Below are positions 1-7,536 of a DNA stretch of 11,058 nt, piece by piece. Every line of letters starts with the position of its first letter. The stretch's first letter is position 1. The notes beneath the pieces are model-generated. The model saw only the letters and a list, made by a program, of their open reading frames with translations. It did not search any database and was not told where the DNA came from. A program made the position numbers and the translations under genes. Source of the stretch: Chlamydiota bacterium (GTDB lineage Bacteria; Auribacterota; Tritonobacteria; UBA1439); contig JBAXOY010000097.1 in assembly GCA_037133055.1 (NCBI GenBank), forward strand, positions 1 to 11,058. The letters run 5' to 3'.

Positions 1-2
1 CC

Positions 3-2633
3 AAGAACCTGACCGCCGAGCAGGAAGCGCAGCAGCGCTTCGAGCGGCTGTTCCGCAACAACCCGGTCGTGATGGCGCTCTCCACCGTGCCGGACCAGCG
101 GTTCTTCGATGTCAACAACGCCTTTCTGAAGGCGCTCGGCTATTCCATGGGCGAAGTCGTCGGCAAAACCGCCGCCGAACTCGGTCTCTTCCTGGAAGCG
201 GGGCAACAGGCCGCGATCGCGGATACCCTGCGGGCGGATGGGCGCATCGCCGACATCGAACTGCAGGTCCGACGCAGGGACGGGGCGATCCTCGACGGCC
301 TTTTCTCGGGTGAACTGATCGACATCCAGGGGCGGCAGTACTTCCTGACCGTGATGATCGACGTCACCGAGCGCAAGCAGGCGGATGAGGAACGCAAAAA
401 AACACTTCTGCGGGAGCAGCGCCTCAACGTGATCCAGCAGTCGCTTCTCACGGCGGCGCCGATTGAGGACAAGCTCAGAACCGTCACCGACGGCATCGTG
501 CGTAGCTTCGACGCCGATTTCTGCCGGATATGGCTTATTCGGCCTGGAGATCTGTGCGAACTGGACTGCGTCCACGCCGGGGTGAATACAGGGCCCCATG
601 TCTGCCGTTACCGCGACCGGTGTCTGCATTTGCTGGCGAGTTCCGGCCGCTACACCCATACAGACGGCAAGACCCACCGTCGTGTCCCGTTCGACTGTTA
701 TAAGATCGGACGCATCGCGTCAGGCGAAGACCACAGATTTCTCACAAACGATGTGCAGAACGATCCCCGCATTCACAACCACGAATGGGCGCGCGAGCTG
801 GGACTTGCGGCGTTCGCGGGATACCAGCTCCGAATATCCGGCGGAGACATACTGGGGGTCATGGCCCTCTTCTCTAAACACCCCATACTGCCTTCTGAAG
901 ACGCACTGCTGGATGGACTCAGCAGCTCCGTTGCCCTCGCCGTTCAACAATCTGTTACGGCGGAGGCGCTGCGGGAGAGCGAGGAGAACTACCGCGCTCT
1001 TTTTAACGAATCAAAAGACGCTATAATGACCGTTTCACCTGAGGAGGGATTCCTTTCCGGAAATCCGGAGGCTGTCAGAATATACGGCTGTCGCGACGAA
1101 AGGGATTTCATATCCAGGTCGCCGGCGGAGCTGTCCCCGGAATACCAGCCGGACGGCGCCTTGTCGTCTGAGAAAGCGCGGGAGATGATGCTGTCGGCAT
1201 TGGCGAAGGGCTCATGCTTCTTTGAATGGACGCATAAGAGGGTGGACGGCACGGAGTTTCCGGCAACTGTCCTGCTTTCAAGAATGGAAAAAAACGGCAA
1301 GGCGTTTCTGCAGGCGACCGTGCGCGACATCAGCGAGCACAAGCGGGCGGAGGAGGTGTTGCAGAGAAACCTAGCACTATATGAGGGGCTTATTGAAACA
1401 ACAGATACAGGTTTTGTAACTCTTGACCAAGAAGGCAAGATCCTTAATGCAAATCAGAAATATGTCCGTCTTTCTGGACATGAGAATTTCAACCAGATAC
1501 GCGGTAGAAGCGTAGTTGAATGGACAGCCGATTACGAAAAAGAAAAAAATGCCGAGGCTATCGGTAAATGTTTTAGAGAAGGCCACATCAAAGATTTAGA
1601 GATTGACTACGTGAATACTCAAGGCAAGATTACTCCAATTGAGATTAATGCGACTGTTATAAAAATAGATGGAGTACCACAGATTCTTACGCTGTGTCGC
1701 GACGTCACCGAGCGCAAACGGGCGGAGGAGACGCTGCGGGAGAGCGAGGCGCGATTTCGGAATTTATTGCAAGACATTCAATCCATAGCCATTCAAGGGT
1801 ATGGGACGGATGGCACGACGCAATACTGGAATCAAGCGTCCGAACATTTGTATGGGTACAGCGCGCAAGAGGCTATTGGACGCAATCTGTTGGATCTGAT
1901 CATACCGCCCGAAATGCGGGGGCATGTCGAGCAGGAGATACGACAGATGGCCGAGACGGGGCAACCCATCCCCTCGTCGGAACTATCTCTCATGCGAAAA
2001 GATGGATCACGGGTGACTGTTTTTTCGAGCCATGCCCGCGTCAAGCTGCCGGGACACGCAGCGGAGTTGTTCTGCCTTGATGTTGACATCAGCGAGCGCA
2101 AGCGGATAGAGGAGGCGCTCCTTGCCAGCGAAAAAAAGTACCGGGATCTTTTCAATGAGAACAACGACGCCATATTCATCGCGAATGCAAAGACAAGGAT
2201 GCTCGTCGACTGCAACAGGAAAGCGGAGGCGCTGACCGGGTACTCGAGGCAGGAGATCCTTTCCATGCGCGTGGACCAGCTTCACCCCGAGGATGTGGTG
2301 GGTGAAGCGGTGAAGGTATTCGGGAGGTATACTACGGGAGACAAGATGCCCGTGATGTCGGAAATCATGACCGGGGACAAGAAGAGGCGGTGGGTCGCGA
2401 TAAGCCCGGCCGAAGTGACGGTCGGCGGGGAAGCCTGCTTCATGGGTGTTTTCAGGGACATGACCGAGCTCAAGAATTACCAGCAGACGCTCGAGGAGCG
2501 CAACCGGGAGCTCGAGATCATCAGCAACGCCGCGTTCACGCGCGAGTTCCGCATCAAGGAGCTGCGCGACGAGATACGGGAGCTGAAGGAGCGGCTCGCG
2601 GGGGGCGGGGCGCGGGATGGGGGAGGGGGATAG
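3..2633 (+). CDS. Multi-PAS/GAF sensory protein, 5'-truncated (PAS-GAF-PAS-PAS-PAS-PAS-coiled coil); no output domain in the visible part
   Basis: Frame is open from nt 3 (KNLTAEQEAQQRFERLFRNNPVVMALS...), so the ORF-track start at 69 is not the true start. Five PAS/PAC units end in DVTERK, DISEHK, DVTERK, DISERK and DMTELK. GAF-like unit at about 430-960 (FDADFCRIWL...NDVQNDPRI...AFAGYQL...GVMALFS). C-terminal coiled coil ELEIISNAAFTREFRIKELRDEIRELKERL; stop TAG 2631-2633. Confidence 0.92.
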   Translation, partial: KNLTAEQEAQQRFERLFRNNPVVMALSTVPDQRFFDVNNAFLKALGYSMGEVVGKTAAELGLFLEAGQQAAIADTLRADGRIADIELQVRRRDGAILDGLFSGELIDIQGRQYFLTVMIDVTERKQADEERKKTLLREQRLNVIQQSLLTAAPIEDKLRTVTDGIVRSFDADFCRIWLIRPGDLCELDCVHAGVNTGPHVCRYRDRCLHLLASSGRYTHTDGKTHRRVPFDCYKIGRIASGEDHRFLTNDVQNDPRIHNHEWARELGLAAFAGYQLRISGGDILGVMALFSKHPILPSEDALLDGLSSSVALAVQQSVTAEALRESEENYRALFNESKDAIMTVSPEEGFLSGNPEAVRIYGCRDERDFISRSPAELSPEYQPDGALSSEKAREMMLSALAKGSCFFEWTHKRVDGTEFPATVLLSRMEKNGKAFLQATVRDISEHKRAEEVLQRNLALYEGLIETTDTGFVTLDQEGKILNANQKYVRLSGHENFNQIRGRSVVEWTADYEKEKNAEAIGKCFREGHIKDLEIDYVNTQGKITPIEINATVIKIDGVPQILTLCRDVTERKRAEETLRESEARFRNLLQDIQSIAIQGYGTDGTTQYWNQASEHLYGYSAQEAIGRNLLDLIIPPEMRGHVEQEIRQMAETGQPIPSSELSLMRKDGSRVTVFSSHARVKLPGHAAELFCLDVDISERKRIEEALLASEKKYRDLFNENNDAIFIANAKTRMLVDCNRKAEALTGYSRQEILSMRVDQLHPEDVVGEAVKVFGRYTTGDKMPVMSEIMTGDKKRRWVAISPAEVTVGGEACFMGVFRDMTELKNYQQTLEERNRELEIISNAAFTREFRIKELRDEIRELKERLAGGGARDGGGG

Positions 2634-2636
2634 TGT

Positions 2637-4154
2637 ATGGGACGGAGAACGGGGGCGGGCGGCTCGGGCGAAGGGCGCGTTACCCTCCGGGTGAAGACGC
2701 TGGGGATGACGCTCCTCACCGGCGCGTTCCTCATCGGCGTGGGGGCGATGATGATCTTCAACTACCAGCAGCGGCTGATGGATTTCAGCATCCACGAGTT
2801 CGTGCAGAAGGAGGTCCGCGCGGCGGCGGCGGGCGTCGCGGCCAGCCTCGAAGAGAAGGGAAAATTGCTGCGCCAGGTGGCCTATTCGGATATCGCACTG
2901 CGGTATCTGGAGTCGCCCTCTTCCCGGGGACCCGTGTACGAGGGCCTGCTCCATGACCTGCGGGCGCTCGTCTCGTCCGACCCGATGATCAACCTCGCGT
3001 ATGTCCAGTCCTCCACGTCGTACCTCTATTGTTGCCAGAGCGACGGCCTCCCGCCGGACGAGAGCTATAGCCCGATAGGCCAGCCGTGGTATGACCTGCC
3101 CGTCGCCCGGAAGGGATTGGTGGTGACGCCCCCCTACCTCGAACAGGGGGGGGAGAGCCTCAATCAGATGGGCAAGCCGATGATATCGATGGCGCTGCCC
3201 GTGTACGACGGCGCGCGGAAATTGCTCGGCGTTGCCGCGCTCGACCTCCTGCTGACGCCCTCCCAGAACCTCTTCTCCTCGATCGCCCCCCTTAAAAGCG
3301 GCTACTTCATCGTCATGGCCGCAGACGGCACGGTCCTGTCCGGACCGCATGCCTCCGCCGACGGGGAGCCCCTGCGCAGGCTGGAGCAGGCGGGCGACTA
3401 CCCGGTCGCGGCGGAGGTCATCGCGTCGCATGAGCCCGCGCTCCGCCTGCGGGACCCGGATTCGGGGCGGTGGGTCTGGGCGGGCTCGGGGACCGTCCCG
3501 GTGACGGGGTGGAGAATCGTCATGGTGTTCCCCGAGGCGAGGCTGGCGGCGGAGTTCGGAAGGTTTGCGCGGGAGCTCCTGTGGCTCGGCGCCGTGGGGG
3601 TCGCGGTGTTCTCGCTCCTGTCCGTGCTCTTCTCCTCGCGAATCTCGCGCATGGAGGCCGGGGTCCGCGCCGGCCGGGAGCGCTACCGCGAGATGTTCGA
3701 CCAGGCGCCGGTCGCGGCCTGCGCGACCGACGGGGGGGGGCGCGTAACGGACGCGAGCCGTGCCTTCCTCGCCTTGACGGGCGCGGAGCGCAGCGCGCTC
3801 ATCGGCGCCCGGGTCGAGGAGATCGTGTACCCGGAGGACGCGGCGAAGGCCGGGGAGCTCATCCGGAGGGCCGGTGAGGAGGGAAGCGCCGCGGACGAAC
3901 TGAGGTTCATGAGGGCGGACGGCGAACCCGTGGCCTGTGATGCGGCGGCTGCGCCCCTGCGGGGCGCGCGGCCGGGAGTGCTCATCGTCGCCCGGGACTC
4001 CGCCCAGGAGAGGCGGCGGTCGCGACGGATCGGGGAGATGGAGGCGGAGATCGCCGAGCTCAACCGGATCATGGTTCAGCGGGAGTTCCGCGTCAAGGAG
4101 CTCAGGGACAGGGTCAGGGAGTCCGAAAAAGGCGCCGGGGGAGGCTCGGGCTGA
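2637..4154 (+). CDS. Membrane sensor: TM-dCache_1-like-TM-PAS-coiled coil, no output domain
   Basis: TM1 (LGMTLLTGAFLIGVGAMMIF) and TM2 (LLWLGAVGVAVFSLLSVLFS). Cache hallmarks QPWY, VTPPY, ISMALPVYD, LLGVAALDL, GYFIVMAADGTVL, TGWRIVMVFP. PAS from RYREMFDQAP to IVARD. Ends ELNRIMVQREFRVKELRDRVRESEK. GGAGG at 2622-2626 precedes the ATG; GTG 2691 is an alternative start. Confidence 0.88.
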   Translation: MGRRTGAGGSGEGRVTLRVKTLGMTLLTGAFLIGVGAMMIFNYQQRLMDFSIHEFVQKEVRAAAAGVAASLEEKGKLLRQVAYSDIALRYLESPSSRGPVYEGLLHDLRALVSSDPMINLAYVQSSTSYLYCCQSDGLPPDESYSPIGQPWYDLPVARKGLVVTPPYLEQGGESLNQMGKPMISMALPVYDGARKLLGVAALDLLLTPSQNLFSSIAPLKSGYFIVMAADGTVLSGPHASADGEPLRRLEQAGDYPVAAEVIASHEPALRLRDPDSGRWVWAGSGTVPVTGWRIVMVFPEARLAAEFGRFARELLWLGAVGVAVFSLLSVLFSSRISRMEAGVRAGRERYREMFDQAPVAACATDGGGRVTDASRAFLALTGAERSALIGARVEEIVYPEDAAKAGELIRRAGEEGSAADELRFMRADGEPVACDAAAAPLRGARPGVLIVARDSAQERRRSRRIGEMEAEIAELNRIMVQREFRVKELRDRVRESEKGAGGGSG

Positions 4155-6061
4155 TGAAAATCGGGAAAAAGATCAGTCTCATCTTTTTCGAGAGCGTCCT
4201 CGTCCTCCTGGGGGTTGCCGGCGCGATCTATTATGCGACCGCGGTCTCGGCGGTCCGGCGGGGCGTCGATGACACGCTCCGCGGCATCGCCGCGGCGAGA
4301 GGCGCGGTGGTGGAGGCCCTTGTCGAGAAAGAGGCGGAGAGAGTGCAGCGGATGGCGGAATCCCCCCCCCTTCGCGTGTTTCTCGATGTGCGCGAATCCC
4401 CCCTTGCCCGGGGCGTCGCATTCGCGGCGGCGCGGGAGGAGTTTTCCCCGGCCGCGGGGGACGGGGCTCCCTTCATCGAGATCAGGGTCATGAACAAGGT
4501 TGGAGACACGGTGTACCTCGACGACCTGAGTCCTCCGGGGGATGATGATCCTCTCATGCGGCTTTTCAAGGAGGCCACTACGGGGCCCGCCGTGGCGGTC
4601 TGCGCCTCCGGCAGAATGCGGGAGCTCCTCATCGCTGTGCCGGTGGTGGTCAGGAAGGATGGAAGATTCCTCGGCGTCCTGGCCGTGGCGCTCGACGCCC
4701 GCGTTCTCGACAGGGCGCTGGAAAACCCTGTGGGGCTCGGGAGGACGGGCCTGTTCGCCCTCTTCTCGAAGGACGGGATGTTCCTCGCTTCCTCGCGGCA
4801 CGGCGCGGTCGCGGGCTCCGGTCCCGCGGCCCCGGCGTGGGGGGATATCCGCACGTATGTCGGCGTCAGCGGGCAGCGCGTCCTCGGGATCGGGATACCG
4901 CTGCGCGCGCTCGGCTGGACGCTCCGCGCGGAGATGGACGCGTCGGAGGCCCTCAGGCCGGTGTACATCTTAAAGATCGCGCTCATCGGCATCTTCGCGG
5001 TCATCCCCGTGCTCGCCGCCCTGGTGGGGATGAGGGCATCGCGGATCATCACGCGCCCGATCGAGGAGCTTCTGAAGGGTCTCCGGATCGTCGGAAAGGG
5101 CGACCTCGATCATGCCCTCGACGTTCGGGATCCCGAGGAGGTCGGCCTCCTCGCGGTCGCGTTCAACGAGATGGTCGCGAAAATCCGGAGCACGCAAAAG
5201 CTCCTGGATCAGCGGGTAGAGGAGCGGACCACAGACCTGCTGCAAAAAACCGGCGACCTCGATCTTTCCCGGAAGGCGTTGATCTACATGCTCGACGACA
5301 TGAACGAGCTGAACGAGAGGCTCCGGGAGCTCTACGTGATCAAGTCGGATTTCACGTCGATGGTCTCGCACGAGCTGAGGACCCCGCTCACCGCGATCGC
5401 GGAGGGGATCAATATCGTGCTCGACGGCACCGCCGGGCCGATCGGCGAAGAACAGCGTGAATTCCTCGACCTTGCCAAGAAAAACGTTCGCCGGCTCACG
5501 CGCCTGATCAACGACGTGCTCGATTTTTCCAAGCTCGAGGCGGGCAAGCTCGTGTATGTCATGGAGGGACAAGATCTTCGGGATGTCGTGCGCGAGGTCG
5601 TCGAGGCGCAGCGTCCCGTCGCACGCGAAAAGGGCCTCACCCTTGAATCGTCGTTCCCCGCTGCGCCCGCCACGGCCGTGTGCGACAGGGACCGGATCGT
5701 CCAGGTGCTGACGAACCTCATCAGCAACGCGTTCAAATTCACGCATCGCGGCGGGGTCAGCGTCGGGGTGGAGGATGCGGGCGGCCTGGTGACGGTCCGT
5801 GTGGCGGACACGGGCGAGGGGATCAGCCCGGAGAATATGGGGCGGCTCTTCCGGAAGTTCGAACAGATCCCGCGGGACGGAAAGCGGGCGCCGGGGGGCA
5901 CCGGGCTCGGCCTCGTGATCTCGAAGCAGATCGTGGAGCAGCACGGAGGAAGGATCCGGGCCGAGTCCGAACCGGGGAAGGGGAGCACATTCTCATTCAC
6001 GCTGCCGTCGGGGCCGAGGGAGCCCCGCGGCGGCACGCCCGCGGAGGGGAGGCAGCCATGA
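4154..6061 (+). CDS. Sensor histidine kinase (TM-Cache-like-TM-HAMP-coiled coil-HisKA-HATPase_c)
   Basis: HAMP (ITRPIEELLKGLRIVGKGDL...EEVGLLAVAFNEMV), H-box SHELRTPLT (His codon 5369-5371), N-box QVLTNLISNAFKFT, G1 DTGEGI, F-box LFRKFEQ, G2 GTGLGL. Start overlaps the upstream stop (TGATG, 4152-4156). Confidence 0.96.
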   Translation: MKIGKKISLIFFESVLVLLGVAGAIYYATAVSAVRRGVDDTLRGIAAARGAVVEALVEKEAERVQRMAESPPLRVFLDVRESPLARGVAFAAAREEFSPAAGDGAPFIEIRVMNKVGDTVYLDDLSPPGDDDPLMRLFKEATTGPAVAVCASGRMRELLIAVPVVVRKDGRFLGVLAVALDARVLDRALENPVGLGRTGLFALFSKDGMFLASSRHGAVAGSGPAAPAWGDIRTYVGVSGQRVLGIGIPLRALGWTLRAEMDASEALRPVYILKIALIGIFAVIPVLAALVGMRASRIITRPIEELLKGLRIVGKGDLDHALDVRDPEEVGLLAVAFNEMVAKIRSTQKLLDQRVEERTTDLLQKTGDLDLSRKALIYMLDDMNELNERLRELYVIKSDFTSMVSHELRTPLTAIAEGINIVLDGTAGPIGEEQREFLDLAKKNVRRLTRLINDVLDFSKLEAGKLVYVMEGQDLRDVVREVVEAQRPVAREKGLTLESSFPAAPATAVCDRDRIVQVLTNLISNAFKFTHRGGVSVGVEDAGGLVTVRVADTGEGISPENMGRLFRKFEQIPRDGKRAPGGTGLGLVISKQIVEQHGGRIRAESEPGKGSTFSFTLPSGPREPRGGTPAEGRQP

Positions 6062-6461
6062 GCGGTCGCGCGAGGATACTGGTCGTCGAGGACGAGCCTG
6101 ACCTGCTGAGGATCACGGTCTACCGGCTTGAGAAGGCGGGGTACGAGGTCGCGACGGCCATCGACGGGCGGGCCGCCCTTGAGGCGGTCCGACGGGGGGA
6201 CTTCGACCTGATCCTCCTCGACCTGAACCTCCCCGTCATCGACGGGGCCGAGGTGTGCCGCACGCTCAAGGCGGCGGACTCGGCGCACCGGCACATCCCC
6301 GTCATCGCCTTCACCGCGACGGTGAACAAGATCAAGGAGACCTATGGCATTCTCGGCGCGGACGACTACGTGATCAAGCCGTTTGACATCGGCGAGCTGC
6401 TCGAAAAGATCGCGCGGCTCATGGCCGGCCGCGGGGGAGAGCAATCAGGGCAGCCATGAGC
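6051..6461 (+). repeat. 13-bp direct repeat GGCAGCCATGAGC at both ends of the receiver gene
   Basis: Identical copies at 6051-6063 and 6449-6461, each containing an ATGA stop/start overlap. Confidence 0.75.
6058..6459 (+). CDS. Single-domain response regulator (CheY-like receiver), 133 aa
   Basis: C-terminal part of track ORF 5680..6459; ATG 6058 lies in an ATGA overlap with the kinase stop, behind GGAGG. Motifs ILVVEDE, DLILLDLNLP (phosphoacceptor Asp), IAFTA, DDYVIKPF. No output domain. Confidence 0.95.
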   Translation: MSGRARILVVEDEPDLLRITVYRLEKAGYEVATAIDGRAALEAVRRGDFDLILLDLNLPVIDGAEVCRTLKAADSAHRHIPVIAFTATVNKIKETYGILGADDYVIKPFDIGELLEKIARLMAGRGGEQSGQP

Positions 6462-7403
6462 CGCGAGGACGTGTCGGTCATCATCCCCGTGAAGAACGCG
6501 GGCCGCTTTCTTGACTCCCAGCTCCGGGCCGTCTTCTCCCAGGAGGGGGCGGCGCGCCCCGAGGTGGTGATCGTGGACTCGGGCTCGACCGACGGCACGC
6601 GCACGGTTGCCGCCCGCTACCCGGCGAGGGTCATCTCGATACCGCCGGAGGAGTTCAACCACGGCGAGACCAGGAACCTCGGGGCACGGGAGGCGAGGGG
6701 CGATTTCCTCGTGTACCTCACGCAGGACGCCGTTCCGGCGAACGGCGCGTGGCTGGAAAATCTGCTCCGCCCTTTGCGCGGGGACGCGGAAGTGGCGGGC
6801 TCCTTCAGCCGGCACGTGCCGCGCCGGGGATGCTCTCTCCCCCTTGCGCGCCAGATCGAGGAGGAGTGGCCGCAGGGCGGCGGACTCGAGCGGATCGTGA
6901 AGAGAGTGCGGTCGCGCGAGGAGCTCGAGGAGCGGAAGCCGTACTACGTCTATTTCGCCAACACGAGCTCGTGCCTTCGCCGGTCGGTCTGGGAACGGTT
7001 CCCGTTCCGGCGGGTGGAGTTCGGGGAGGACGCCGACTGGGCGGAGCGGGTGCTCCTCGCCGGGTACGCGATCGTCTATGAGCCGACCTCGGCCGTGGTC
7101 CACAGCCACGACTACTCCCTGCGCGAGCAGCTCCGGCAGCACTACGACTACGGCCGGTTCGTCCGGCAGGCGCGCCTCGCCCCGCCGATCACGGCCCGGC
7201 AGACGGTGAAGACCGCGCTCGTCTCGCTGAGGGACGACCGCGCCTACGCGCGGAGGAAGGGCGTGCCGGCGGCGCAGTTCCTCCGCGGCATCCCGTACCA
7301 CGCGGCGTGCGTGCTGGGGCGGTGGCTCGGGGAGCACTCGGAGGCGCTGCCCGCGGGGTTGCGCGGGGCGCTGTCGCGGCAGGGCACAATAAAAAAGCAG
7401 TAA
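6456..7403 (+). CDS. Glycosyltransferase family 2, resembling RfbN/WbaN-type rhamnosyltransferases
   Basis: VSVIIPVKN, VIVDSGSTDGT, FNHGETRN, YLTQDA, FGEDADW and VVHSHDY motifs; ATGA overlap with the receiver stop. The GT2 call is solid; sugar specificity is inferred from recalled motif similarity only. Confidence 0.88.
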   Translation: MSREDVSVIIPVKNAGRFLDSQLRAVFSQEGAARPEVVIVDSGSTDGTRTVAARYPARVISIPPEEFNHGETRNLGAREARGDFLVYLTQDAVPANGAWLENLLRPLRGDAEVAGSFSRHVPRRGCSLPLARQIEEEWPQGGGLERIVKRVRSREELEERKPYYVYFANTSSCLRRSVWERFPFRRVEFGEDADWAERVLLAGYAIVYEPTSAVVHSHDYSLREQLRQHYDYGRFVRQARLAPPITARQTVKTALVSLRDDRAYARRKGVPAAQFLRGIPYHAACVLGRWLGEHSEALPAGLRGALSRQGTIKKQ

Positions 7404-7536
7404 CTGCTCAGGAGCCGGAATTCAGAAGTCAGGAGCCAGGAGTTGGAATGAGGGCGCCGGCGGCGATATTTCTGGAAGCTTATTCGCGATCCATTCTGGA
7501 TTCCGGCTCCTGACTTCTGACTACCTGAGTAGTTAC
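7400..7536. repeat. 137-bp palindromic intergenic element (MITE/REP-like) with 13-bp terminal inverted repeats and internal heptamer repeats
   Basis: GTAACTGCTCAGG (7400-7412) versus CCTGAGTAGTTAC (7524-7536): 12/13 complementary. Perfect 16-bp stem 7422-7437/7505-7520. Six tandem heptamers at 7409-7450. A second copy lies at 11005. Confidence 0.85.

Noticed and set aside
3..2470. LOV photoreceptor or phytochrome assignment for the PAS/GAF protein
   Set aside because: No GxNCRFLQ motif occurs in any PAS unit, and the GAF lacks DIP/PASDIP-type motifs.
2631..2639. ORF1 and ORF2 are in the same frame, separated only by TAG-TGT (possible amber readthrough or split gene)
   Set aside because: ORF2 has its own GGAGG and ATG plus an N-terminal TM helix, and ORF1 ends in a complete terminal motif with a low-complexity tail. 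Same-frame adjacency has a one-in-three chance.
2541..4154. ORF1 and ORF2 as pseudogenised, truncated kinases
   Set aside because: No frameshifted kinase remnants follow either stop, the next genes start immediately, and both end in the same conserved motif, which argues for a selected C-terminus.
5680..6057. N-terminal extensions of track ORFs 5680..6459 and 8687..9874
   Set aside because: They overlap the preceding genes out of frame with Arg/Gly/Ala-rich junk. The ATGA-coupled starts at 6058 and 8963 match the domain boundaries.
7307..7513. 68-aa ORF crossing the repeat element
   Set aside because: It overlaps GT2 out of frame, and its C-terminus (QEPEFRSQEP...) is just translated heptamer repeat.
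7409..7520. CRISPR array
   Set aside because: The repeats are 7-mers with no unique spacers, and there are no cas genes.
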